Of a stretch of DNA of 64,000 nt, positions 1-9,618 are shown in pieces (position 1 is the first letter of the stretch; each line of letters starts with the position of its first letter). The stretch lies in NCBI GenBank assembly GCA_041675205.1, contig JBAYUF010000003.1, positions 111,025 through 175,024 on the forward strand, in the 5' to 3' direction. The translations under genes were made by a program, and so were the position numbers. The stretch is from Patescibacteria group bacterium. GTDB lineage: Bacteria > Patescibacteriota > Patescibacteriia > GWA2-46-9. The notes below the pieces were generated by a model that saw only the letters and a program-made list of their open reading frames with translations, had not been told where the DNA came from and did no database searches.

Positions 1-55
1 AGTTTAGACGGAGATCAAATCGCAGCGGGAAAGGGGATAGTGACTACGGAATAGT

Positions 56-424
56 ATGGGTGCACAGTTTTTTTCAATTGGCGTACGAACAGTTACTGAA
101 GAACTAATCAGTGCGCCGGTCTGGTGGTATTCTCGGGGATTACAGTTGGCATTTCGCCGACTGCTCGATCGGTTCAGTTATGCCAATAGATACTTGGGCG
201 TAACGGTCTGGGCAAGTAACCTTTTTGTTCCAATGTATGGTCAGTGGGACATTGCCGGCCGGGTTATTAGTTTTTTTGTTCGAGTTGTGCAAACGGTGGT
301 GCGATGTGTCGTGTTTGTACTGTGGGCGCTTACCGACGTCATATTATTTGCTCTGTATATTATATTTCCATTGGTCGTACTATGGCGCATCAGTACAACA
401 CTCATTCTCCTGCTAGCCCAGTAG
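56..424 (+). CDS. small hydrophobic/membrane protein (hypothetical)
   Basis: ATG at 56 after an in-frame stop. The 122 aa product has hydrophobic C-terminal segments. It overlaps the next gene by about 43 nt, so it may not be real. Confidence 0.3.
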   Translation: MGAQFFSIGVRTVTEELISAPVWWYSRGLQLAFRRLLDRFSYANRYLGVTVWASNLFVPMYGQWDIAGRVISFFVRVVQTVVRCVVFVLWALTDVILFALYIIFPLVVLWRISTTLILLLAQ

Positions 425-3093
425 GCGCCGCAATCGTTAGTTGCCCCGCCTGTTTTGGCGAAGGTACAGCGGATTACGCGACGTGCGTTTTGTGCGCCGG
501 AGAGGGAAGTGCCATTAAAGTTGGGAATCACATTGCGTGGCTACCAAATGATTTGTCTGCAGCGCAGTTTCACCGTGAACGTCTGGCAAGTATTTGGCGG
601 ATACTGATTCGAGGAACAATCTTTTGCGGTGCGATTACTGCGTTAGTGTATGCCGCGCTGCTGTTTGAAGCTGGCATCACTGAAGCCATTCTATCTGATT
701 TCGTTTCCGCACTCCTCATTTTTTCGGCAACCGGTGACTCATTTCTCTTTTGGGTCGGTGTGCTCTGCGGGTTGTTTGTGTATGTCAGTATTGAGCGTGA
801 TAGTTATGGCATAAAAAAGATTCCGCGCTTGCCCTACGATGCGTCTTCTGCGGCGCAAAAAACATATCGATTAGATATCTACAGTATGGTATCAGGCGAC
901 GCTCGAAGTTACATTGCTGCCGCAATTATTCGCGCAGACAAGTTTCGACGTCCTTTTCGACCCGCCGATTTATTTCTGTCGCTCATTACTAGTTCGGAAG
1001 TCTCCTTAATGTTGTTGCGACTTGGTGTTCAGCCGGCAGATGCTGGTCGGGCTGTTGTTCAAGAGTTACGTGCGGTCACGTCGACAATTGAAACAACCAT
1101 CGGACAAACGTTACTCCGTGCCTACTTGTCGGCTTACTATGATCGTCGCGAACGGCTTGACTGCTCTGCCTTGTTTGAGGCCACCATTGCACTAGACCCG
1201 GTTGTTCGTGACGTACTGTATGAGCGAGGTATAACAGAAAGTAAAATTCGTCACGTACTTTTGTGGCAGCAGAGCGATCGTCAGCTTCGTCAGCGGTATC
1301 AAAGGTTACGTTCGGCCGCTCGGTTTCGACCGCATTCTCGGCTCGACCGTGCCATGACGGCGGTGGCCACGCCGCTTCTCGATGCTTTTTCTGAGGACAT
1401 CACTGAACAAGCGCAGTATGGTGGTACGTTTCCGTTTGTGCGTCGCAGTGAAGCCATGAAAACTGCCTTACGTATATTTGAAAGCGGTGGTATGCCGCTC
1501 CTTGTTGGCGAGCAGGGGGTGGGTAAGCGGGGTCTGTTAGAAGACTTAGCTGACCGAATGGTGGCTGGTGAAGTACCGGCGGAATTAAAGGACAAGCGGT
1601 TAGTCAACCTTATTTTGCCAAAGTTAGTCAGCGGCGCGAATCCGTCTGAAGCGGCAGAGCGCATTTTGCGAGTTTTAAACGAGGCTAGTCGCTCCGGCAA
1701 CATCGTGCTCGCTATTTCCGGCGTGCACGGTGTGCGTGGCATATCGAGTGGTCAGGCGGGCAGCGTGGACCTGGCCGAGGTATTAGCAACGGGTGTGCGA
1801 CGGTTACGCATTAAAGTGATTGCCACAACAACGCCTGAAGCCAACCGTCAGTATTTGGTTGGGTCTGCCCTGGGTGGCTTATTTGAATCAGTGCTTCTGA
1901 CCGAGCCAACCGTGGAAGAAGCGATTCCTATGGTGGAGTCTCATGCGCTGCTCACTGAGCTGTCACACGGCGTCTTTTTTACGTATGACGCCATAGAGCG
2001 GTTGGTCGATCTGACTAGTCGTTTTTTGCCCGATAAGCGGCTGCCAAAAAAAGCTATTGATCTGTTAGACGAGCTGGCGCTGTACATGAAAGAAACAAGG
2101 CAAAAGAAAAAGGTAATTCGCTCAGGGGACGTTGATAGCTTTCTGTCTTCAAAAATTGATATGCCACTTCGTGATGTATCGCATGACGAGTCGTCACTGC
2201 TTCTAAATTTTGAGGACCGAATACACGAACGATTTATTAATCAAGAGCAAGCGGTCAGTGTGGTGGCTGACGCGCTTAGGCGGGCTCGCGCGGAGATTCG
2301 AGATACGAAGCGCCCTATTGTAAACCTTCTCTTTTTGGGTCCAACTGGTGTTGGGAAAACAGAACTAGCGAAGACCGTTGCGGCGCTCTACTTCGGTGAC
2401 GAAAAGAGAATGGTGCGAATTGATATGTCTGAATATGTTGGTGCTGAAAGTGTTGAACGGTTAACTGGTGGTCGAGCGACAACATATGGCATTCTGACAG
2501 AAGCAGTGCGGGCGCATCCGTTTTCGTTGGTGTTGCTCGACGAATTAGAGAAAGCAGATACACGGGTGCTCAATCTATTTTTACAGATACTCGATGACGG
2601 TCGAGTAACTGCTGGTAATGGGGAAGTTATTGATTTTACGAATACCATCATCATCGCTACGTCAAACGCCGGTACTGAGTATATTCAAGACGCTGTCCGA
2701 CGAGGTGACGAAATGGGTGAAATTGAAAAAACACTACATGAAACGGTATTGAGAAAGAATTTTGCACCAGAGTTCATTAATCGTTTTGATGCAGTGGTGG
2801 TTTTCAAGCCGCTTACCTTACCGCATGTTTCGGCCATTGCCAGTTTGTTGTTAAAAAAAGTTGCGAAGCGAATGGAAGTGCATGGCGTTTCGTTTGTGGC
2901 CTTACCTGCGGCGATAGAAGAATTAGCTGCCGCCGGATTTGATCCACTCTTTGGCGCGCGTCCTCTGCGGCGGGTTATTCAGGATAGAGTTGATTCAGTA
3001 CTGGCCAGGTACTTACTTGAAGGTCGGCTACATCGAAGAGATTCTGTAACGTTAGAGCCGGGCGGTATACTGCGCATTGCGCGACCAGAGTAA
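382..3093 (+). CDS. membrane-anchored Clp/Hsp100-family double AAA+ ATPase (ClpC/ClpE-like) with N-terminal Zn-ribbon and degenerate first nucleotide-binding domain
   Basis: The N-terminus carries a CxxC-x10-CxxC Zn-ribbon (CPACFGEG...CVLCAGEG). About three hydrophobic helices follow, then Clp_N-like repeats. D1 has a degenerate Walker A (GEQGVGKRG) and no Walker B DE (LAISGVHGV). D2 is canonical: Walker [10 protein letters not shown], Walker B LLDELEKA, sensor-1 IIIATSNAG, and a GARPLRR arginine/sensor-2 motif. The start is chosen at ATG 382; ATG 304 is also possible. Confidence 0.75.
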   Translation: MAHQYNTHSPASPVGAAIVSCPACFGEGTADYATCVLCAGEGSAIKVGNHIAWLPNDLSAAQFHRERLASIWRILIRGTIFCGAITALVYAALLFEAGITEAILSDFVSALLIFSATGDSFLFWVGVLCGLFVYVSIERDSYGIKKIPRLPYDASSAAQKTYRLDIYSMVSGDARSYIAAAIIRADKFRRPFRPADLFLSLITSSEVSLMLLRLGVQPADAGRAVVQELRAVTSTIETTIGQTLLRAYLSAYYDRRERLDCSALFEATIALDPVVRDVLYERGITESKIRHVLLWQQSDRQLRQRYQRLRSAARFRPHSRLDRAMTAVATPLLDAFSEDITEQAQYGGTFPFVRRSEAMKTALRIFESGGMPLLVGEQGVGKRGLLEDLADRMVAGEVPAELKDKRLVNLILPKLVSGANPSEAAERILRVLNEASRSGNIVLAISGVHGVRGISSGQAGSVDLAEVLATGVRRLRIKVIATTTPEANRQYLVGSALGGLFESVLLTEPTVEEAIPMVESHALLTELSHGVFFTYDAIERLVDLTSRFLPDKRLPKKAIDLLDELALYMKETRQKKKVIRSGDVDSFLSSKIDMPLRDVSHDESSLLLNFEDRIHERFINQEQAVSVVADALRRARAEIRDTKRPIVNLLFLGPTGVGKTELAKTVAALYFGDEKRMVRIDMSEYVGAESVERLTGGRATTYGILTEAVRAHPFSLVLLDELEKADTRVLNLFLQILDDGRVTAGNGEVIDFTNTIIIATSNAGTEYIQDAVRRGDEMGEIEKTLHETVLRKNFAPEFINRFDAVVVFKPLTLPHVSAIASLLLKKVAKRMEVHGVSFVALPAAIEELAAAGFDPLFGARPLRRVIQDRVDSVLARYLLEGRLHRRDSVTLEPGGILRIARPE

Positions 3094-3098
3094 TCTAT

Positions 3099-4181
3099 AT
3101 GCTGTACGCCATAGCTTTTGGGGCAGCTGGTATTGTGGTGCAATTTTTCATTCTGTTGGTACGCGCCTATGCCAACAGTCGTCACATAGTTGACGACCCA
3201 ACGCAGGACGCCGCACGACGGATGCACACCCGACCTATTCCGCTCCTCGGTGGCCTGGCAGTGTTTGCTTCTATCTTTACTGTGGCATTCTATTTTGGAT
3301 TCATTCGAACAGACCTGGTTACCACCTATCTTAACGCGGGTCAGTTGGTCTGGTTCTTTATTGGTGGGTTCATACTCATGCTTGGTGGTTATCTCGATGA
3401 TCGCTATGGTCTGCCTGCGCCCGCCAAACTGGCTTTACCGGTGCTCGCTTCACTTGCCGTGGTGTTTGGTGGGATTGGGGTCAACTTTATTACGAACCCC
3501 TTTGGCGGCGTCTGGCGCATTGATCAAATAAAGCTGCCAGTGACCTTGGCTGAGGCCAGCTATTTCGTAAATCTTGGCTCAGCACTCTTTACGGTTATAT
3601 GGCTGTCGGTCTTAATGTACACGACGAAAGTTCTAGACGGCCTCGACGGACTGGTGAGTGGCATTGGCTTTATTGGTGCGGCAACAATATTTACGTTGTG
3701 CCTCTTGCCACCAGTACTGCAGCCTGATACCGCATTGTTCGCAGCCATTATTGCCGGCGCATTTTTTGGTTTCTTGCCACACAATTGGCATCCGGCAAAA
3801 CAGTTCTTGGGGGAGTCTGGTAGTCTCTTGGCTGGTTACACAATTGGTGTGCTTAGTATCATTGCTGGCGGGAAAATGGCTACCGCAGCGCTCGTCATGG
3901 GTCTTCCGCTCCTCGACGCTTTTGTTGTCGTTGTGAGGAGGGTGCTTGAGCGAAAAAGTATTTTTTCGGCTGATCGTTCACACCTTCATTTTGTGCTCGT
4001 TGACCTCGGGCTTGGGGTTCGTGGTTCGGTGGCGGTGTTTTTTGCCTGCAGCGCCGCCTTCGGTGCGGCTGCGCTTTTCTTGCAATCCACCTATAAACTC
4101 TACGCATTGGCGTTTCTCGGAGTGCTTGCCGGAACGATTATATTCGGTCTACCATTTGCCAAACGGGTTATCGGTAAGTAA
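3099..4181 (+). CDS. GT4-family polyprenyl-phosphate sugar-1-phosphate transferase (WecA/MraY-like)
   Basis: The N-terminal motif ...HIVDDPTQDAARRMHTRPIPLLGGLAV and the DDRYGL and KVLDGLDGL motifs are typical of the MraY/WecA family. The protein is polytopic. Confidence 0.8.
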   Translation: MLYAIAFGAAGIVVQFFILLVRAYANSRHIVDDPTQDAARRMHTRPIPLLGGLAVFASIFTVAFYFGFIRTDLVTTYLNAGQLVWFFIGGFILMLGGYLDDRYGLPAPAKLALPVLASLAVVFGGIGVNFITNPFGGVWRIDQIKLPVTLAEASYFVNLGSALFTVIWLSVLMYTTKVLDGLDGLVSGIGFIGAATIFTLCLLPPVLQPDTALFAAIIAGAFFGFLPHNWHPAKQFLGESGSLLAGYTIGVLSIIAGGKMATAALVMGLPLLDAFVVVVRRVLERKSIFSADRSHLHFVLVDLGLGVRGSVAVFFACSAAFGAAALFLQSTYKLYALAFLGVLAGTIIFGLPFAKRVIGK

Positions 4182-4195
4182 TTCCAGTTAAATCT

Positions 4196-5683
4196 ATGAC
4201 TGATAGGCAAAAGTATCGTTTACTCGAGGCAATTCCAGGTACCCTTACCTGGTTTACCTTTACTTTGGCAATCCTACTTTCAGTGGTCAAACCACTGTGG
4301 GCTATAGCGCTTGTCATTCTTTTTGACCTTTACTGGCTCCTCCGGGTTGGTTATTTCGTTTTCTACCTCATTCATTCCTGGCGCATTCAGCGTCGAGAAT
4401 CGCGACGAGCATGGTGGGATGAATTACGGGTAACGTATCCATCATGGGGTGAGTATTACCATATAATTTTTTTACCAACGTACCGGGAATCGAAGGAGGT
4501 CATTGAAACAACACTCACTCGCTTTACGGAAATTGCGTACGACCCCAAACGACTCATTGTCGTTTTGGCTGGAGAAGAGCGAGATGCTGAAAATTTTTCA
4601 GCACTGGCCCGAGAATTAGAAGCTCGTTACGCGTCGCATTTTCATGCCTTCATTACGACGCTTCATCCGAAAGATTTGCCAAATGAAATTCCGGGTAAAG
4701 GCGCCAACCTAAATTGGTCAGGGCATCGTGTGCAAGAATACGTTGATGAACAAAAACTCGCTTATGACAAACTCATCGTATCTGCGTTTGATGTTGATAC
4801 AATTGTCGCGCCACAGTATTTTGCCTGCTTAACCTATACGTACCTCTCGCAGCCAAATCCGCAGCGGTCAAGTTACCAACCAGCCGTTGTTTATAATAAT
4901 AATCTTTGGGAGTCGCCGGCGTTGGTTCGCATTGCCGCCATGGGCACAACATTCTGGTTGATGACCGAACTCGCTCGGCCAGAGCGACTCTTTACATTTT
5001 CGTCGCACAGCATGAGCTGGCAGGCGCTCGTTGATGTTGGCTTCTGGGAGAAGCGAATTGTCACCGAAGATTCGCGTATTTTCTTGCAGTGCTTCCTGCA
5101 CTATGAGGGTGACTACGTCGTTACGCCAATGTACGTGCCAGTATCGATGGATATGGTGGCGGCTGGTGGGTACGTGAAAAGTTTAGGGGCACTGTATCGA
5201 CAGCAGCGACGCTGGGCGTGGGGCGTTGAGCACTTACCGTTCATGCTGTGGAACTTCCGAAAACACCCAAACATTCCGATGCGAAAAAAATTGTACTACC
5301 TCTGGAATTTGGGCGAGGGTATGTATACGTGGGCCACAGCACCAATTCTTATCACCGTGCTTGGCTATCTACCGCTCTATTTGGCGCCGCTGAACATTGC
5401 AGAAGTTGCGCTCACACAGAATGCGCCGGCATTACTTGAGTTGTTACTACGACTCGCCATGGTGGGTATTTTTGTAAGCGGTATTTTGGGTATGTCGCTC
5501 TTGCCACCTCGGCCAAACACTGTACCGGCGAACAGATACCTCATCATGATTTTACAGTGGGCACTGTTACCGTTCACGCTAATTTTATTTGGTTCGCTAC
5601 CGGCAATTGATGCGCAAACGAGACTCCTTCTCGGCAAGCACCTCGGTTTTAACGTCACACATAAGGTACGAAAGTCGTCATGA
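4196..5683 (+). CDS. membrane processive family-2 glycosyltransferase (cellulose/chitin-synthase-like)
   Basis: There are N- and C-terminal TM segments, a DVD (DxD) motif, and a Q(Q)RRW motif (YRQQRRWAWG) characteristic of processive GT2 enzymes. Confidence 0.7.
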   Translation: MTDRQKYRLLEAIPGTLTWFTFTLAILLSVVKPLWAIALVILFDLYWLLRVGYFVFYLIHSWRIQRRESRRAWWDELRVTYPSWGEYYHIIFLPTYRESKEVIETTLTRFTEIAYDPKRLIVVLAGEERDAENFSALARELEARYASHFHAFITTLHPKDLPNEIPGKGANLNWSGHRVQEYVDEQKLAYDKLIVSAFDVDTIVAPQYFACLTYTYLSQPNPQRSSYQPAVVYNNNLWESPALVRIAAMGTTFWLMTELARPERLFTFSSHSMSWQALVDVGFWEKRIVTEDSRIFLQCFLHYEGDYVVTPMYVPVSMDMVAAGGYVKSLGALYRQQRRWAWGVEHLPFMLWNFRKHPNIPMRKKLYYLWNLGEGMYTWATAPILITVLGYLPLYLAPLNIAEVALTQNAPALLELLLRLAMVGIFVSGILGMSLLPPRPNTVPANRYLIMILQWALLPFTLILFGSLPAIDAQTRLLLGKHLGFNVTHKVRKSS

Positions 5684-6669
5684 GCGTTCGTATCGTACTT
5701 GTCACGAGAAACGGGCTACCCATTGTTGAAGAGTCCTTGTCTGCCATTGCTAGCTATAGCGGTGGTGCACAGGTGAGTTTGCTAGACAATGGTTCGACAG
5801 ACGGAACAAGTGCCGTTCTTCGTGCATGGGCCATGCAGCACAATGCAGAGCTATTAATCTCAGAAACAAACACCGGTTTTTCAGCCGCCTATAATGCTTT
5901 ACTGCGACAGGGGAGTGAGCCATATCTCTTGGTATTAAATCAAGATGCGGTGTTGAGTTCCGGCTATGTGGATGCATTAGAGAAAGTGCTCGGTGAAGTG
6001 CCTGAGCTAGCGTCAGTTAGCGGAACGCTACTCCGCAGGGATGACGTCGTAACAAATGTTATCGACGCGCAGGGGCTTACAATTCATGCAACGGGTCGGG
6101 TAGTTGAGAGAAACCGCGGACAACAATTTAAAAATTCGACCACGGAGTTACAGTACGGTTTTGGTAATCCCGCCACAGCTACGCTGTATCGTCGCTCAGC
6201 ACTGCAAAGTATCGCCCTTGGCACCGCCGTACATCCACAATATTTTGATGAGCACTTCTTTGCCTATAAAGAGGATGTTGACCTCGCGTACCGTCTGGCA
6301 CTTGCCGGTTGGAAGTCTGCGGTCTTACCGAATGTTGTCGCCAGTCACATTCGCTCAGTCCGCGGCATTGCGGACGACCAGCAAGAAATTGGGGGGCGGC
6401 GTACGGCTGCGGCATGGCTTGCCCGGACTGATCTCCAGCAGTACCTTTCTTATCGTAACCACCTATATTTTCTTTTTGGTACCGCGCTCGTGCGGCGAAA
6501 CTATGTTTCATTGCCGCTCGTTATTATGTACGAAAAGATAAAGGCGTTTATGGTACTCATTACCCGACCACGACAATTTTTTCGAGCGTGGGGCGAGGTA
6601 TTTGGTAATCGTGAGTATTTGAAGGAAAAGCGTAAACACACTCGTGCTCTTAAACGGGTTCAGGTATGA
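5680..6669 (+). CDS. family-2 glycosyltransferase
   Basis: A GT2 N-terminal fold is indicated by LVTRNG...LLDNGSTDGT. The gene overlaps the upstream gene by an ATGA junction, consistent with an operon. Confidence 0.75.
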   Translation: MSVRIVLVTRNGLPIVEESLSAIASYSGGAQVSLLDNGSTDGTSAVLRAWAMQHNAELLISETNTGFSAAYNALLRQGSEPYLLVLNQDAVLSSGYVDALEKVLGEVPELASVSGTLLRRDDVVTNVIDAQGLTIHATGRVVERNRGQQFKNSTTELQYGFGNPATATLYRRSALQSIALGTAVHPQYFDEHFFAYKEDVDLAYRLALAGWKSAVLPNVVASHIRSVRGIADDQQEIGGRRTAAAWLARTDLQQYLSYRNHLYFLFGTALVRRNYVSLPLVIMYEKIKAFMVLITRPRQFFRAWGEVFGNREYLKEKRKHTRALKRVQV

Positions 6670-7448
6670 AACTTTCAATTGTTATCGTAAATTATAATAC
6701 CGCTGGATTGCTTCGTGAATTTTTGCGCGCCATTTTTGCGAATCCGCCGGAGATTCCATATGAGATTATCGTTGTTGATAATGGCTCACGGGATAGAAGT
6801 ATTGAAGTACTCAAAGAGTTTTCTGGTCGAGTACAGGTGATAGATACAAAGCGTAATCTTGGATATAGCCGCGGCACTAATGTTGGTATTCAGACGGCAC
6901 AAGGGGAGTTCATACTGCTCGCTAACACCGACCTCGTTTGGGAGCCTGCGGCTGTTCTTTCGCTTGTTGCACATGTAGAGGCAAACCCAAAGGTTGGTGC
7001 CGTCGGACCCAAATTATTGAATCCTGATTCCTCGCTTCAGTATTCCTGCTACCGTTTTCATACACTACTCACCGCGTTGTACCGTCGCACGCCGCTTGGA
7101 CGAACGCAGACGGGAAAGCGTGAGTTAGCCCGATTTCTCATGACGGATTGGTCGCACGACGAAACGCGAGCAGTTCCCTGGTTAATGTCGAGTTGTCTAT
7201 TACTTCGTCGCGCGGCAATGACTGCGGTGGGCAATTTTGATGAACGCTACTTTGTCTATTTCGCCGACACGGATTACTGTCGCCGGTTATGGTTGGCGAA
7301 CTGGGAAGTGCATTACCTGGCTTCGGCCTCGCTGATACACTTTCATAGACGTGAATCAGCTGACGACTGGCGCACTGCGATTATTCATAGTAAGGATCTT
7401 TTGCGATATTTTTGGAAGTGGAGAAGGTCAGTGCCGCCGCGCGTTTAG
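6666..7448 (+). CDS. family-2 glycosyltransferase
   Basis: GT2 signature MKLSIVIVNYNTAGLL...IIVVDNGSRD; ATGA overlap with the previous gene. Confidence 0.8.
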   Translation: MKLSIVIVNYNTAGLLREFLRAIFANPPEIPYEIIVVDNGSRDRSIEVLKEFSGRVQVIDTKRNLGYSRGTNVGIQTAQGEFILLANTDLVWEPAAVLSLVAHVEANPKVGAVGPKLLNPDSSLQYSCYRFHTLLTALYRRTPLGRTQTGKRELARFLMTDWSHDETRAVPWLMSSCLLLRRAAMTAVGNFDERYFVYFADTDYCRRLWLANWEVHYLASASLIHFHRRESADDWRTAIIHSKDLLRYFWKWRRSVPPRV

Positions 7449-7487
7449 GATTGCCAAAGCGGCGTTTTTTCAGTATCATAGAAGACT

Positions 7488-8495
7488 ATGTGGTCAAAGA
7501 AAATTGCCATTGATCTTGGCACAACAAACACATTGGTGCATTTGCCGAAGCGTGGCATTGTTATCAATGAACCATCCGTTGTGGCCATTTCTATCGTGGA
7601 CAAAAAGATTTTGGCAGTGGGGAACGAAGCAAAAGAAATGCTTGGCCGAACGCCAGAAACAATTGTCGCGCTCCGACCACTGAAAGAAGGCGTCATAGCA
7701 GATTACCGAACCACCGAAGCCATGCTTCGTTATTTCATAAATAAAGCTTTAGGTGGTGTTCGTTTTTTTCGACCGGAAGTAATGGTAGCTGTCCCCGCCG
7801 GTATTACCGCCACAGAACGTCGCGCCGTAATCGACGCTTGTATGGCGGCCGGCGCCAAAGCCGCGTTTATCATTAAAGAGCCTATTGCTGCTGCCATTGG
7901 TGCAAACATTCCCATTGGTTCGCCGTCAGGCCACATGATTATCGACATCGGTGGTGGTACATCTGAAATGGCGGTTATCTCGCTCGGTGGCATTGTATCG
8001 AGCACTTCAGTGCGCATTGGTGGCACGAAATTTGATGCCGCCATCATGGAGCATATTAAGAAAAAGTATAACTTGGCTATTGGTGAACGAACGGCAGAAG
8101 AAATTAAAATTGAAATTGGTTCTGCGCTTTACCTCGACGAAAAATTAAGTATGAACGTTCGTGGTCGGGACACCCTTACAGGACTCCCACAAACTATCAC
8201 CGTGACGTCTGACGACGTGACCGACGCTATTCAAGCTGAGTTAGAAGGAATCATTGACGCCACAAAGTCCGTTTTGCAGCACACGCCACCAGAGCTTTCG
8301 GCCGATGTCATCGACAAAGGCATGGTGCTTTCAGGTGGCAGCTCATTACTCAGAAATCTTGACCAACTGTTGAGTCGTGCCACTGGTGTGCCAGCGTACG
8401 TGGCGGATGACGCTTTGCTCTGCGTTGCGAAAGGTACTGGCATTGCCCTCGAGAATTTAGAAGCATATAAGCGAAGTATTTTGGCCACCCGCTAG
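7488..8495 (+). CDS. mreB: rod shape-determining actin homolog MreB
   Basis: Actin-fold phosphate-1 motif IAIDLGTTNTLV and MreB-typical motifs are present along the full length. Confidence 0.9.
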   Translation: MWSKKIAIDLGTTNTLVHLPKRGIVINEPSVVAISIVDKKILAVGNEAKEMLGRTPETIVALRPLKEGVIADYRTTEAMLRYFINKALGGVRFFRPEVMVAVPAGITATERRAVIDACMAAGAKAAFIIKEPIAAAIGANIPIGSPSGHMIIDIGGGTSEMAVISLGGIVSSTSVRIGGTKFDAAIMEHIKKKYNLAIGERTAEEIKIEIGSALYLDEKLSMNVRGRDTLTGLPQTITVTSDDVTDAIQAELEGIIDATKSVLQHTPPELSADVIDKGMVLSGGSSLLRNLDQLLSRATGVPAYVADDALLCVAKGTGIALENLEAYKRSILATR

Positions 8496-8499
8496 CGGT

Positions 8500-9240
8500 A
8501 TGCCGGAAGGAAATAGTCGAGTAAGTGAAACAAGCGGTCCAAATATTAATGACTGGGCAGAGGCGGTTAGACCCATTGATGAAGCGTTCGCCGACCGAAT
8601 CGGAATACCTCGTCAGGAAGGGTATCGAGCTGGGGCGGAAATTGGCTTACCAATGCCAGACAGCCGAACGCTTTCACTTCCTGATTTTTTAATGTCGCCG
8701 AACGAGCATCTCCAGCAGTTTGATTCTGAGTGTTATATAGTTGCACTGCTGCCTCACGATGCAAATTTGCCACGAGTATCAACTGCAAGGCTAGATTCGA
8801 ACGATATAATTTCTCTCGTGCACGATAAAGTTCCGGAAGCGGTTCGTGATTCCTATGATATTCGTTTGATGCCATATTACGACGTAAAATACGGTGGCAA
8901 TATAGTCGCGAATCCCAATGGTACGATGCATGTTGAATTCCGACAGGGACTTCCCGGGCCGGTGGCCTATGGTACCGAAACGCCACCGTTTTCTGCTAGT
9001 CGGGATCAATTTTTGCATAGCTTCAAATACAGTTTCGAAGATGAAGATTTGCGTAAGCAGATTTCGGAGGTTATAGCCCACATCCCGCATTCCGGAGAGG
9101 CGAGGGAAACACAGTATCACCCAGGCTACTATGAATTTATAGTCGTGGATAAGGGTGACAAAGCCCCATTAAAAACCCTCTTTATAGATTATCGTGATGA
9201 CCCAAGTTATTTTACCGATAGTGGCCCCAAGGCGGTTTGA
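8500..9240 (+). CDS. hypothetical protein (occupies the position where mreC is often found but shows no MreC features)
   Basis: A 246 aa ORF lies directly after mreB. No recognisable motifs. Confidence 0.45.
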   Translation: MPEGNSRVSETSGPNINDWAEAVRPIDEAFADRIGIPRQEGYRAGAEIGLPMPDSRTLSLPDFLMSPNEHLQQFDSECYIVALLPHDANLPRVSTARLDSNDIISLVHDKVPEAVRDSYDIRLMPYYDVKYGGNIVANPNGTMHVEFRQGLPGPVAYGTETPPFSASRDQFLHSFKYSFEDEDLRKQISEVIAHIPHSGEARETQYHPGYYEFIVVDKGDKAPLKTLFIDYRDDPSYFTDSGPKAV

Positions 9241-9265
9241 CACGGTCAAGGCACTAATCTATACT
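9237..9265 (+). promoter_or_regulatory. sigma70-like promoter for rplU (TTGACA-17-TATACT)
   Basis: The -35 hexamer TTGACA sits at 9237-9242. A 17 nt spacer follows, then the -10 hexamer TATACT at 9260-9265, about 25 nt upstream of the rplU start. Confidence 0.5.
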
Positions 9266-9290
9266 GGAGCGACTATCTTTACTGAACTAT

Positions 9291-9605
9291 ATGCACGCAG
9301 TAATCAAAACGGGCGGAAAACAGTACGTTGTCACAGAACAACAGCAGCTTGATATTGAAAAAATTGAGGGTGAGGAAGGTGCGGTAATTACGCTGAAGGA
9401 TGTCCTGTTGGTGTCGGACGACAAAAAGGTGACCATTGGCACACCGATGCTCGAAAAGGCAGCTGTTCAGGCAACGATTCTAAAGCAAGGCCGAGCTCGT
9501 AAAATTAGAGTCGTTAAATTTAAATCTAAAGTTCGCTACCACAAGGTACAGGGGCACCGACAGCCTTTCACGAAAATTCAGGTCACGAAAATTTCAGCCT
9601 CCTAG
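9291..9605 (+). CDS. rplU: 50S ribosomal protein L21
   Basis: Sequence MHAVIKTGGKQY...RYHKVQGHRQPFTKI is typical of bL21. Confidence 0.9.
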   Translation: MHAVIKTGGKQYVVTEQQQLDIEKIEGEEGAVITLKDVLLVSDDKKVTIGTPMLEKAAVQATILKQGRARKIRVVKFKSKVRYHKVQGHRQPFTKIQVTKISAS

Positions 9606-9618
9606 AGGCTGAAATTGT
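9592..9618. terminator. hairpin between convergent rplU and recR (possible bidirectional terminator)
   Basis: A 9 bp stem TTCAGCCTC/GAGGCTGAA with a 3 nt loop overlaps the rplU stop codon. A weak T-rich tract follows. Confidence 0.4.

Noticed and set aside
1299-1742. Antisense ORFs inside long genes: 1299-1742 in the Clp-like gene, 60095-60682 in clpB, 35770-36147 in the RNB gene, 10572-10880 in dnaB
   Set aside because: They are fully contained in well-supported genes on the opposite strand, with no motifs. These are typical shadow ORFs.
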